From: Antedon mediterranea
Taxonomy: Eukaryota; Animalia; Echinodermata
Direction: 5' to 3'
Length of the DNA stretch: 64,000 nucleotides
Assembly: GCF_964355755.1 (NCBI RefSeq)
Contig: NC_092670.1
Location: forward strand, 12,076,795-12,140,794
Made by a program: the position numbers and the translations under genes. How positions within the stretch are numbered: position 1 is the first letter of the stretch; each line of letters opens with the position of its first letter. The notes under the pieces were generated by a model. It made no database searches and was not told the origin of the DNA. It was given only the letters and a program-made list of their open reading frames with translations. Positions 14,401 to 27,790 of this stretch are shown here, one piece after another.

Positions 14401-14835
14401 TTTTTTTTTTTTTATTCAACTTCTCATAAAAATGCACATATAAAGAAATACAAATTTAGTAAAGGATGGGACCAACAACAGGTGGTAAAACTGTCCAGTC
14501 CAAATTGCATAATGATTAATGAATAAGTTGATATAAATTATTTAAAAAATATTTAAATACTGACTGGACTATAATACTAAATCTAAGCCAAGGACATTGA
14601 GGAGTTGAAAATCCTGCTGCAGACAAAAAGAAATTCCATTTATAGACCTTATTCATTTGGTGTCAACAAAATCAACAATTAAAAACGTGTTATTTTAGAC
14701 TGCCTCTTTAACTAAAATGTCAAATGATATTAATTCACTTTATGCTAATTAATTTTACCTGAATACCCAATTGAAATATCCTTGGCCTAGTGTACTCTAG
14801 CTTTTGTGGTCCATTGACCATTCAATTATGAGGTA

Positions 14836-15687
14836 CCGTATATTTCGGTGTATAAGTCGCACTTTTGACACGCAAATTTGACCTCTAAATTAAGGGTGCG
14901 TCTTATACACCGAACATAAATGCCTCACCACACAGATTGTACATAGGCCTAGGCTATCATCACCTCGTTTGCTAGGCCTGAGTAGGCTAGGCCTAGCTAC
15001 AGTAACTAACTAACGTAACGGCAACCTGCTTCTGCCTAGTTTTCAAGTCATTTCAGCATGATGTACAGTTATACTAAATATGATGAAAAGATTTGTTCAT
15101 TATGGCGCTCCGATAAAATTTTATTTGTAAACGTTTACGTCGTACGATTGGAATAGTATTTATTTATACAGTAGTTATACGCACGACCGCCGTACCCCAA
15201 GCGCAAGCCCTTATTTTGGTGGCCACATGGTGTACGGTATTCGACTAGTATATTCTCCAGGTGATTATAGCATGGACCTAGCGTACACACTTCTCGGATA
15301 CATAGATACTAATCGAATACGATTGTCCGTGAAAACGCGCGCCCTCTCGAAATGATCAAGCGAGGCTAGCCCACACACGTACGTGCGTGTTACACACACG
15401 GTCATGCACTCGATGTTGCGGCGAAACTCATGAATAACAAGTTAGAAAGAACTTGTTGAGGCTGGGCGCGGCCGAGCCTAGGTAAGAAAAAACATAAATA
15501 AAGGATGCCGTTGTAGATATAACAAAATATATTATTACAATAATATTGATTACATTTTAAAAAAACATTGTTTTGATGAAATATAAGGTGCGTCTTATAC
15601 ATCGACGATATAAAAAATACCGATATTTTACTCTCAGTTGGGGGTGCGTCTTATACACAGGTGCGACTTATACACCGAAATATACGG
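14836..15687. mobile_element. Non-autonomous Tc1/mariner-superfamily (pogo/Tigger-like) element
   Basis: Perfect TIR CCGTATATTTCGGTGTATAAGTCGCAC / GTGCGACTTATACACCGAAATATACGG. TA TSD at 14834-35 and 15688-89. Subterminal GGTGCGTCTTATAC repeats. Confidence 0.9.
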
Positions 15688-15959
15688 TACACCCTATTGA
15701 CAAAGGATTGAGCACAAGGGAGCATCCAACCTGACATAAGATGCAATGTTCAACAAGTCATAGCCTACAGTAGCCTTTGGGAGAATCACTTTTACCTGTA
15801 GCCTTGGCCTGATGTCCGAACTTTTGCTGGTCCAGTGATAATTGTGGGTGTAGGACATTGGTAACTGGCCTTATGGGTTTGATGGAGTTTATATTGAACT
15901 TAAAGCACCACAAGGGAGTGACTAACTCTGACATAAGATCCAATGTTTAACAAGACCTA

Positions 15960-17147
15960 GGCTGTGTTTATACAACATGCTTCTTATTTACACGCATGTT
16001 CGTAGGATGCGTGTTATCACAGATCAAGGTCAATCCCCTAATCTGCATCGTTCATACATAAAAAATGAACTACCGTGTTGAACGTTCGTGTGTGCTTTGT
16101 GAACAGGAAGTTTCGTCAGATACAATAGTATTAGGCCAAAAAAAATTAAAGAAATTTGTTGGCCACGCCCGACCGACCCTAAAGTGACGAAAATGAAGGT
16201 CGGCTTTTTTTTTGTGAGCCAAACGGCAATCGTGAAACCAAATAGTGAAAACATATTGTCTTATTCGCCAAATTGGTGAATATATTTCCCTGCTCTGCCT
16301 CACGTGTAAAAAAGAAGTGTGCAACCAACCGTGACTCAATCATGTGATAACCGGAATACGCGATTATTAATTTTGGGGGGATCAAAGTTTTAACTAAATA
16401 AACGCTTTGATTACATAGTGGTTGATACAGGTTTTTAATAGTTATCACATTTTTAAACACCCTCATAATTAATGGACTCTACCAATGTTGATCTGCAAAG
16501 ATCGTACATCGCACGAGGTTGTTGAAGCGGTGTTTTTTGGTTTTACCAAATAGTATATATATTCGGTTTTACTGCACAGAGTACTACGATCCGATTACGA
16601 ACTTGTTAAACGAGTCGCCAAGAAAGTAGGCCTATACATTTAATAAAAATTTACCTAAGATAAGATTGTCGTAAGCTCTTTTGTTCAAACTTGTTATTTA
16701 TATAGCGATATAATCCACCCGTTCCGGCATGCATGTTAAGCCTCTCTAGCCTAGGCTTACTCCTCGCGATCGATCGATGTCTCTCCTGGTGGGGAATTAC
16801 TTTAAAAACGATAAGCGGCATCTTTTGAATACTTATGTTGGTATCAGTCCTTCCTGAATACTGTAGGCATAGGCAAGGCTGTTGATTATTACCATGGAGA
16901 TGACATAATATCCGACGAAAGCTGGTTAGTAATAATTTATTACATTGGAGAGGTCAACTTGTCCCCCGAGGCTACTTAAAAAGGCTACTTCAGCTACTCC
17001 AACCAGCCAAATTTGGCCGGTCGGTCGTCAAGTAGCCTTTTCAAGTAGCCTTTCCAGATGGTATAGTAATTACACGGAATCCATTTCTGTTTATACAACA
17101 CGCCAACGTCGATGCGTGTAAATTTAGCGTGTTGTATAAACGGGCCC
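15960..17147. mobile_element. Non-autonomous TIR DNA transposon, PIF/Harbinger-like; probably contains a nested fragment starting ~16133
   Basis: Imperfect TIRs GGCTGTGTTTATACAACATGCT..TTTACACGCAT / ATGCGTGTAAATTTAGCGTGTTGTATAAACGGGCCC with 3-bp TSD CTA. The insertion splits a pre-existing tandem-duplication unit. Confidence 0.75.
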
Positions 17148-17738
17148 CTAGACTACCTTTTGGGAGAATCTATTTTCTTTGCAACCTTGGCCTGATGTCC
17201 ACACTTGCTGGTCCAGTGATAATCTTGGGTGGAGGGCATAAGGAACTAGCCTCTGGGTTTTAGGTTCCATTTACTGTACCTGTACCTGATTAATTTTAGC
17301 TAAGGGCATTAGCCAAATTAGTTCAATATACCCCAAGTTAATTTCAGTTCAAATGGCTAGAGCAGTAAAAAGCATTTAGCTCAGTAAAATTACAAATAAT
17401 TTAATGCATTTAATTGGCATTAAAGTACAGAGGCTATTAATGGAGAAGATGCGGAAGATAGTGAGATTGATTAACTATGCACTGTAAACCATATAAGTCA
17501 TAGAGTATTAAGTCCACAAATCTATCAGGATAATATTGATAGTAATTTGCAAAAAAAAATGACCTTTTGGTGACCTTATTACTATGTTTCTTTCAATTTT
17601 TATCTCTATTTATTATATTCAGCCACTGATGCCTGTGACATTACTATTTCTCAACATTTTTTTTTTTATAATTTACTATTGTTCTCACAAAACCTTTTAT
17701 TTGTTCAGTTCTAATACTGTACCAAACCATGACATTCA

Positions 17739-18777
17739 GGGCCTGTTCAGACCTACGGAGTTATGCTTTCGTATTGTACGCGGCGTACAAGTCCATACAG
17801 TAGGTCTGAACCAGGAAAAGATTAGTGGAAGCCACCTCGTACGACACTGATATTTCGTACGCTACGAAAGCTCAAGGTATGGGTTTAGTGGACGTCACTT
17901 ATAATACGAAAGTCACGCATAAATGAATATGACCTAGGTTAGATATCTAGCCAATCAAATCACAATATTCGCCACATCACATCGTGACATGTGCTCCTCA
18001 TCGTATAGCCAAGCTGATCCATTTGTTGTGATCGGTGAACGTGCGAAAAAATCATACCTTTTGTTGTTACACTATACAGTATTATTATTATTAATAATAT
18101 TATTATTATTAATAATATTATTATATTAATTAATTTAAAATGTCATCGAAGCGTGCGCAATGGCGAGAAACCGAAGTAAAATACCTTATTTCATTGTGGG
18201 GAAGCCCTGAGTTCAGAGAGATCGGTTGGAAGTGAAAAAGTGGCGTAAAAGCGCCACCGGGAACAAGATGTCTGTGTTCAACGAGATGGCGGACACGTTA
18301 GCAGATGGGCCATCCTCATAAAGAAGGATTTAATATCCAAACGAAATTGAAGGGGTCGTCGTATAAAGCGGCGAAAGACCGAGTAAATAAATCTGGAGCC
18401 GGTGCAAGTACGGGATTTGAACATTTTTCTGCCATAAATAATATTTTAGGTCATAGACCAAATATAAACTTACCCAAACCCCAAAACGATCGGCTGTCTG
18501 GTTGGTATGCCTGACAACCAATCGATAATGCCGAGCCCAAGTGTTCGGTCTAGGCCTGTAACTCCTAAACCAACCACTACTACTTTTAATAACAACGAAG
18601 GTAAGGTCTATGCGTGCGTTTAGAGTTTGGTTAATCTCCAACGAGTGACATCATATCCGTTTGTAACGCAACTTCATTGTAATGAATCTGAACACTTTGC
18701 TCTTACGACGCTCATTAAAATATGACCTTGGCTGTGATACGAAAGCATAACTCCGTAGGTCTGAACATACAGTACCC
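17739..18777 (+). mobile_element. PIF/Harbinger deletion derivative
   Basis: TIR core TGTTCAGACCTACGGAGTTATGCTTTCGTAT and its reverse complement, GGG/CCC ends, 3-bp TSD TCA (17736-38, 18778-80). Contains a Myb/SANT-like ORF remnant. Confidence 0.88.
18140..18600 (+). pseudogene. Frameshifted Myb/SANT-like DNA-binding protein (Harbinger ORF2)
   Basis: MSSKRAQWRETEVKYLISLWGSPEF / ..NKMSVFNEMADTLA / MGHPHKEGFNIQTKLKG..YKAAKDRVNKSGAG...FEHFSAINNILGHRP is a trihelix Myb/SANT pattern broken by two frameshifts. GTAAGG donor at 18601. Confidence 0.75.
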
Positions 18778-18848
18778 TCAGAAAGTGTTACATTTTAACA
18801 GCTGTGATGAGTGTTCAGGGAATCCCATACTTGACCAATAGCCTATGC

Positions 18849-20600
18849 TACGCTCGCGCTAAGGTCAAATTTTCGTTCGCCAAAATGGCGAAAGGTTTTG
18901 AAAAACATTAGCCAAATTGAAAATCCTTTAGCCAAATTTAAAAAACCATAAAAATTCGCAAAAATGTTTATTAAATAAATAATGCATGTATTTGTTTGTT
19001 ATTTTACTTCTTTTACATTTATATTATTATTATTTATCCCAATGAAGCTGGTTTTCGTTACCGCGATTTTAACACGTTCGTGAAATTTCAAAAAGTGACG
19101 TGTCTTTGAAGTTAAAAATATACTATTTCTTATGTACCCATGAGAATAAAAATTATATGCCTGGAAAGATCTTGTTTAAGGGATTATTTTTATATATTTT
19201 TAATCTATGTTTATTAAATATTTTAATAGAAAACACGAGTTAAAAATGAGGTACAAAAGCCGGCGAGCCGAAATCTGCGCGCTAAAAATAACTTCGGAAA
19301 ACACCTACCCATTTTCGCACCCGATCGCACGAGGTCCATAATAGGTGGTGGAGTAATTTTTGTTGCATGTTATCAGGCTTTAAATACTCTTTATTTTGAT
19401 ATGTAAATCGGTTATTATTATTATGTACATCCGCCTCATATGTCAATTTTAACGATAACAATTTTTTAGCCTTTCTCATTATCAAAATCTGGGTAATTTA
19501 GTAATGAATTAAAGCTAATTTATATTTCTGTTTGATAAACCACATCGTTTTATTTGACTTTGCGTGGACCTGGTGCGAAGAAGCCAACAAGACCAACCAC
19601 TGAAAAAAATAATCCCTACCATAAATATCAGTGTTTACCATTTTCCTTACGGGGGATTCAGTTCTCCGCTTATTACTAAATTACCGTCGCCTAGGTATTA
19701 GCGCGTTAATTAATGATTGGATAACCCCCGCACAGTGGACTGTTCCATTTTCTGAACTAGTATTCGCCGCACACGAGGCATGTCGAAAAATGTCGCCTCT
19801 CATCATGGAATACTTGCTTCGAAACGTCAATTTTACCGATTTATTAAATTATTTAATAAGTGGAATATTTATCAATCTATTATATAAAACAAGTACGTTA
19901 GGAAGAAATGTACCACAGAAATTTAAGAAGCTTTGAATTTGCTATGCAGCGGCCGTAACCCATTCTATGTAGGCGGCCGAAACGCGCTTTGGCCAGGGTT
20001 GCCGTTGTAGTATACGTTGTTTCTTAGCTATTCAATTTAAAGCGCAACTTTCGGTTAGAATAATCGAAAGGGAAATAAAATTAAACATGTTAACATTATA
20101 CTATTGAGGTAATTACTTTGTTAAATTTAAAATTCCCCTTTTTAAATAACAGAACAGCCTCGTTTACGGAAGTATTCGTCCACATGTTTCTGTTTACATT
20201 TTCTTCTCGAAGTTCATTTTCTACGTCGAAGAATAGGGACTTCCCCTTTTATTCGCTCATCATCACGTCGACGACGACCGGCCACGAACCAATCACATTA
20301 ACTGTGTGTCATTAAAACGTCATCGAGGCACGCTCTGCGCATGTTTAAACAGAACTAAAAAAATGAACACGGCGATCGTGACGTCGTCACATAAAATGCT
20401 GTTGTGGTAAAAAGTGTACCCGAGTCAGAAAGTACCGAAGTGTGGCGAATTCTCGCTCCCATAAGAAGTCACGCCGACCAGGCTAGGCCTAGGCTTGGAA
20501 ATGTATTTTCGCTTATTTGGCGAACGAGGCAATAATTATTTTCGCCAAATGGAGACTCCAGTCGCCATTGGCGAATTGGCGAGCGGTTAGCGCGAGCCTA
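18849..20600. mobile_element. Non-autonomous hAT element
   Basis: TIR TACGCTCGCGCTAA / TTAGCGCGAGCCTA. 8-bp TSD GCCTATGC / GCCTATGG (7/8 match). Subterminal TCGCCA/TGGCGA repeats. Confidence 0.85.
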
Positions 20601-20804
20601 GCCTATGGGTTTTTAATTACTTACTTTACTATTAATTACTGTTGCAGTAAATTTAGGAATGTTTAATTGAAGGTACAGTATTTACTGTACATCACATACC
20701 GCCTCCAAGTTAGGGTCTATTTTGATTGCTTGCTTTCAGAGCAGATTATTCCTCCCTATTCTTGTTAATTTGATTTGTTTTCTCTGTGTATGACACATAG
20801 AGGG

Positions 20805-21480
20805 TGTGGCCATGTCAAAATTATATCATCTCTCTTTTTTTACTAAACTAGTTTTCTCATTTTTTTTGGTTCATTTTTCTTTCCATTTAACAAAAAATTA
20901 ATACACAAGTCTACTGACATAGTGGCTGGGGCTGATGATAAATTAATTGTAATTTTCGCCATGATAACACTTACACTAACAGAATTACAATACAATTTGC
21001 CAATGCATCCATCAAAATAATCATGCTTATTTTATAAATCATTCTGCACACATATTTTAAAAAACCTAATGCCTGCTGTACTGTACACTTTTTCAACATG
21101 GATTATTTTTTTTTCATAAATTTAATCCGATTAGAATACTTTAGTGAGAGCATGTTCACACATTAAGCACATTAGTTGAAATGTGTTGAGGCAACTGCAT
21201 TTAGGTAGTGAATTTCCAATGATTTACACTACAGTATGATAATGTAAAATCATCTATAGAGGGAGGCCGGGGAAAATTAAAATTTAAGAAAGCAGTTTTG
21301 GTCAGCAGGGCATTTGGAATCCATTTTGGTTCTGAATTAAAATCTCTAAGTAATTAAAATAGATGGTGGCCATGTCAAAATTATATGAAAATCATCTCTC
21401 TTTCATTTACTAAACTAATTTTTTCTCCATTTTTTTCCACTATTGACATAGTGGCTGGCGCTGACAATCAATTAACTGTA
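20805..21480. repeat. Direct repeat pair (~120-140 bp) at ~20805-20950 and ~21365-21480
   Basis: Both copies contain GTGGCCATGTCAAAATTATAT..CATCTCTCTTT..TTTACTAAACTA...TGACATAGTGGCTGG.GCTGA. Confidence 0.7.
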
Positions 21481-24400
21481 GTGTTTGCTATAATTCTGAA
21501 AAACCGATTGTCAAGCATATTTCCCGTAAATAAACATATTTTGAAGAAAAAAAACTAGCATCATTTTAACCAGTAAGTCCCCAGCAGACAGTAGTGTCTG
21601 AAGGGAGGGGTTCTACTACAGGTTGTTTATTAATTAATTTACGAGATCCAAAGCTATGACTCAAACAGCTCAGAGTTTCAAAACAGCAGTACTAGTAGAA
21701 TCTGTTTTCAAAAACATATTTTGCCATCTTTATTTGCCATTATTCTATAATAGCTTTGTGTATATTGTTTGTTATTTTAAAGACTGTAGTATGACTCATT
21801 GCTATTTCTAAAGCACATAAACTTAATCTAAAGCTCCTTAAATAATAAAAGCATAAGTGGAAATTTGAGAAAAGAAAACATGTGTTTAACAAGACCCTTG
21901 GCTTTATGAAATGTATGTTGATATAGCAGAACATAATATAACAAACACTTAAGAATGGGTTAGTTCCAAATTTACTTTAACTTAAGGTTTTTTTGTAAAC
22001 ATTTTCAATTGTGTTTGGTTTTAATTATATACTTTGCCAACGAGGTGGAAAGAATCATGAAATTCAAATTGAATAAAAAACTATTTTCTCTGTATATCCT
22101 CTGGTATAATCTCACTCCCTAGAACACAAAATTGGTCCGAATTTGGTGGGTGGGACTACTGCTGTATACCCAAGAAACCCTGGTTCAGAAGGGTGGGATT
22201 AGACTACAACATATAGTTTGCTTTTGTAGGCAGAGCTTATCAGATTTCAATAGAATTGGAAACCTGTTTAAAACATTACTCTACTGAAACTAATTAGTAT
22301 TTTATTATCTAACAGTAACTGCAATTCACAAATAATGTGATAATATCAGGATAAAATTTATTTGGCATTTACAGTACATGTCTATTAAAACATGTAACAT
22401 TAAACAATGTCAATAAAATTATGAAATCCTCCATATACTGTAATTACAGTAGCAAGGACAAATTTCAATAAATGTTAACTTATTGTTAAAACACATACCT
22501 GTGATTTGAGTAGATGAGAATGAAGAACAATGATGAAATCGAACCATGAAAAATAAAGAAGAAAACAAAACATTAAGATTAGATTTAAATACAATGTGTA
22601 AATTATGCAAATAATTACTGTACTTAAGTTTATACTGTACAGAATTATGTACACAAATATTATATTATAATTAGATGTTTACATAAATCATATTCAACAA
22701 CATAGAATACTGACTAAAACACATAGTATTGAAATACAGCAGTTTATGTCTAAAAATACACACATTTTTCATTAAAAAAAAACCTACTGTACTACAGCTG
22801 GTCACCAGTTTAAATACAACATTCACAGAATGAATGGATGTTATCCTATGACCTGACGTACTGTATAGTATGTCCACAATATATTGCTAAATCTCATATG
22901 TGATACAGTGCATAGTGACATTATGTAAACTCACCTATTCAAATATACGCATGATTATATTATCATCAAAATGATCGTTAAAAACCCAATAATATTTTAT
23001 TATTAAATTTTCTTTAATATAATTTTCATAATAATTAAAGATGAAAGAAAGCAATATAAATATATATCGTCTGTATTTTAAAATTGCATAGATTAATTTT
23101 ATTATGTGCTATAAAAATGCTTGTCTGTTGTCCGACGTGACTCAATGTCTGTAGTATAAATAGAAGAAGCTCACAAACAGCCTGTGGGGAATATGTTGAA
23201 GAGATTAACTATTCATTGAACATTATTATGACAGTTATAATTCGAAAATAATATTAAATATGCATATATTTATGCTAATTAGGCACCATTTAATGATAAT
23301 TTATGTGAAAATGAGTAGTAATCGATCAGATGAAAAGGAAAGTCTGGTGGGTCTATGTAAAGTACAGATTTCATTTTTGTTTTGACCAAAGATTTAGCCT
23401 TATTTAATATTTAATAGTTTTGTATTGCATACATTAGTAGTAATATGGTCATAAGACGGTCTTTAATTGGAGGAGATTGGAAGATAGTCTGAACACTAAC
23501 ACAAGGGCACTATACCATACAAAAATTAAAGATGGAAAAAAGTTAAGAATCAAATACTTCATATTGGAGAAACTGCAGCCAAAATACATGGTGTTCAATG
23601 TTCGAGTACATCTCGCTCTTTAAGGTGAACAGGGCATTTATCGGTTTATCCATGTAAGCTAGGCACGAAATAGACAAAAAAATACACTAGCTAAATGGAG
23701 GTACCAACAATTATTATTTTGTTACTTTAAGACATCAATTTCCTTATCCAACTTTTTAATAAGTCCACACCCTTTCCTAAATACTCTTTTATCACTGGTG
23801 ACCAGTACTTCACACACCGAGGTAAGTACCTGTAAACTATAATATTATTAAGTATACAGTGTACATCCTTCATACAGTATTCAACATTAGCAATAAACAT
23901 GACAGAAAAGAAAACAGGCAGTTTGTTAATAAAAGTAGGATTATTGGCTTAGCTGTGAGACATTACAGTAATTCACATAATGCGATGTTTAAGGATCCAA
24001 TTGTCTCCTGCCACACCTCATGAAATCAGACCCTAGGGATATGCTAGAATCTTTCTTGAAATAATGCGCTAGAAAATCACCTCTTTGCAGATTTATGAAT
24101 CGTAAAAATGAAATCCACGCTTTATGATTTAATATAACTTTTAAAGAACAATTTAAATTTATTTTTTAAATGTACAAACGCAACATCTCTTTGAAAACAA
24201 GTTTATGACAGCCTCAAAATGAATAATAATTTTATTACTCATTTGGAGATACAAAAGTAGGACACAAACATCTGCTTAAAACTAAAATACTCATAAAAAA
24301 TATTATGTCAATATAGAAATAATAATTTTCTAAATACATTACATTGTAGGTATTAGATACATATTTTGGAATGATATTTATACGAGTTTATAAACTGATA

Positions 24401-25557
24401 AACAAAAATATCACATTGTAAATTTTTATCCTGTTTTCATTTAAAATTGGTTCCTTTATCAAGATTTGTGATTTTAAAGTTCTCGTTCACCATGTTCCTG
24501 CAGTTACTGATTCTGTAGTTCAAATATACAATATTTTGGACAGCGTCCTCAATACTTCATGTAGTCACAAATTTGCAGTTCAAAGTTCTTGTTTGCCACA
24601 TTCTCCAGTTAGTCCAAATCAACTGGTCATATTTTGGGAGGCGCCCTCAATACTTTATGAAACGAAAACATATTGTTGTGAAATATTTGTTTCTGTATTT
24701 GTATGGTTGCCACACCTCACTATTATAAATCTAAGCCACAGTGGACACAAATTAAAGTAGGTACACTTTTCTGAATGAAGTCATACTTCCTCCAGTTTTT
24801 TTCTGGTTGTGGGTGCCGAATTCATGTTGGATCGTGTGGGGTATTGGTTTTGGGCACCATTCCTTTCTAGCCAGGGTTGTGCTTTAGCTTAAATCTTGAG
24901 CTACAGTACAGTAACGGATCTTGGGGACAGATTACAGTATGTTCACACTTTGTAGGATTAGTAAAATAACTTTACAATGAAGAAATTTGAATTTATAAGT
25001 TTTTTACACTATAATATAGCAAGCTGATTTAAAATGCTGAACCAGAAGTTCAATGCTAACTTTTGAATTCTGCTGGGCCATTTTGTTATGAGATGCTACT
25101 GTATCAAGAATTCACTGCACGTTCCTCTTTTTTCCCTTTTTCTGATACTATTAAGAAATCTCAGTCAAGCAGAAACAGATAATCTAAAGTGATCACATCT
25201 GGGAATGGTGACATTGATTTCCTTTGACCTGGGTCTAATTCGCAAAATTAAGATTTAGGAGACAAGATGACCACTGCAAAGAAGAAACCGTCTCGTAAAA
25301 CATGCAAGTCATGTTCTTCATCCACGGTTCAGGTAACGTTAAAACTTTCGCCGCAAGTGACAGTGACTTAAATATCATCTTAGGATTGCTAATGCATGAT
25401 TTAGTTACTGTACTTATTTCAATACTGATTAGTAACTCCCAGTTCGTGCATTCAAAGAAAGGTAATAAAGTTACTCATGAAACAGACATTTTGAAATGAG
25501 ATTTTACGAATGCATTTAATTCTACCGACTAAAATTAAATATACATTAAAAGTTAAT

Positions 25558-25818
25558 ACAGCAGAAGTCCCCCTTTTGGACACCACTATTCAGAGAACAC
25601 CCCTTATTAAAAGGGACACTTTTCCATGAAATGAACAATGAGCAATATGATTTAAGCCCACGCCTAACCTCTATTCAGGGACCTACCAATTAAGGGATCA
25701 CTTTGCTGTAAAACAAACACTGGGAATGATATTATGCATCACTAAAGCTGACCGTTTTCCTATTAGTATTAAGCACTTAACTGGGTTCCAAAAGTATCCC
25801 CTTAATAGGGGTACCGTA
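25558..25818. mobile_element. Degraded CAGT-ended Tc1/mariner-type MITE; related fragments near 3830-3937, 4975, 5557, 11051, 26245-26385, 31440-31510, 47884-47930 and 49452
   Basis: Recurring CAGTAGAACCCC...TATTAAAGGGACACTTT...GTGTCCCCTTAATAGGGG.TCTACTGTA motifs. Confidence 0.6.
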
Positions 25819-27760
25819 TGGTCATTCTATTGCATAGTAAAATAGGTAAATTTACTCTATATTTTTAAAATCTTAAATGTTTATTTTTAATAATAACAAC
25901 AAAAATTGAAAATAAATACCACTTTTCTTAAGTAGTTAAGAAGAATGTGAAATAAGGAAATTTTCCAAATTGGAACCTGCAGTATTGGTAAGACTTTGAA
26001 AAACTTTTATGCATTTTATGTTAACGATAAATCTTTGATCTGTACGTAGAATTTAAAATCCCATGTTATGAATTTCATGCCATTTGAACCAGGAGAGTGG
26101 GATAGTCTAGTAGTAATTTGACGCATGACTGACAACTTATCACTTTACAATTGAACATTATGATTTCGGACCAGACAGACTGACAATTATTCACATTTTA
26201 TTGTTTTAATTTTGGAATGTACCTAACTGAAAATATCTTAGGAACCCCTCCTTTGGGACACACAGTTACCTACTTTAAGACTCTCTCACTGTGAAACAAA
26301 TGTTTTATGGTCAACCATATTGAGGGGGACATCCCTATTAAGATATACTTTGTTAGGTGTAAGGTGTACAGTATGGTTCTACTGTGTGGCTACTTCTACT
26401 TTAGTATGTACCAAATCATTATTGAGCATGGAAATTTGAATCATGAATTTTTCTCAATAATACAAATATTTTTATTTGTATGTAGTGTAACATAACAGGC
26501 TACAGATGTTATTGTTATGTACAATAAATTGTTAATTATTAAATACAGTAATAATTAAAAAAATATAATTAACAATTAAATCAGTATACTTTAGCACCAT
26601 CAATGTATTATTAATGCAATATAGTGTCATACTGTGCCATACATTCTTTATAATATTCAAGTCAAATAACCCAAACAAATAAATTATATATTGACACTTA
26701 TAATTTAATATTTTATAATACAATGAGTAGGATTGTATTATTATTTTAATAATAATATGAATTAACATCTATCCTTATTATAAATAAATTTGTACAAGTC
26801 ATCGTACTATTTGAAACATCTGATCCAATAAGCTAATAATAATTTTTTTTTTTTAACCAAAGAAATCAAAATGAACCTTACCTGATGTAAGCCTACACAT
26901 TGATTAGAAACACCAACTTCAATTCTATCATAACTTTCATAAATCACCATCCTACTTCCGTCCATTAAAAAAAACAGACGTTTACACCCAACAATAAATC
27001 CACAGTATATGTGAACAATGAACATCTACTGTAGATGTATTCAGAATATTAATCTAATACTGTAATAGTCAATGATATGCATGGTATTGATTAGATGGTA
27101 GGGGATGCCCTCCCACATGAGTCACAAACACATGGTGGTAGGAATAGAAAAACAATGGCCTTATTAGTACTGTATATATCCAACCATGTCAGATCAATTA
27201 AGCGAATCGAGAAAAAGCGATACATCAAGTGTGCAATTAAAACTATTTTCCCCCCACTATTTAAAGTAAAATTTTGGGGGAAAACAGTAGTACAGTATTT
27301 GGTTTCTTTTATTGTACTGTAAGTCTTCTTTAATAGGATGGGTACACTATAAGGTAAAAGAAAAAAGAAATTAAGACTAAGAGTGGTTCACTTCACCCAA
27401 AAATGAAAGGTTATGTGTGTGTCAGGTTATTAAAAACAATACTACTGTATGGATTTTTGGACTGCTAGAAGGATGAATTAGGTTTAATATTATAGATCCA
27501 TCTAAAAACTAAACTGATCGTCAGTGAAAACTGCACCTTTACGCGGACATCAAAGTGGGAAATCTAACGAGCAATTATGCATAACAAGGGGTTGATTAGT
27601 GAAGCGGAATTGTGGGTAATAATATAATTAGATAGGTTACTAATCAACAGTGAGGGAGCTATTAATTAATATTGATTACGAATGCTACAAGAATGTTTCT
27701 GCCTGATTTATTAGGTGGTATTTTTATGCATTTTGTTTACTTATTACTACTGTGTTACAG

Positions 27761-27790
27761 CAGGGAAGAGTGTAATTTAACTCTTCCCTG
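27761..27790. mobile_element. 30-bp CA...TG inverted-repeat insert with 7-bp TSD (P-superfamily-like footprint)
   Basis: GTTACAG | CAGGGAAGAGT-GTAATTTA-ACTCTTCCCTG | GTTACAG. Confidence 0.7.

Noticed and set aside
19140-19745. Possible element nested within the hAT
   Set aside because: CpG-rich and shares a short motif with ~16508, but no TIR pair or TSD could be fixed by eye.
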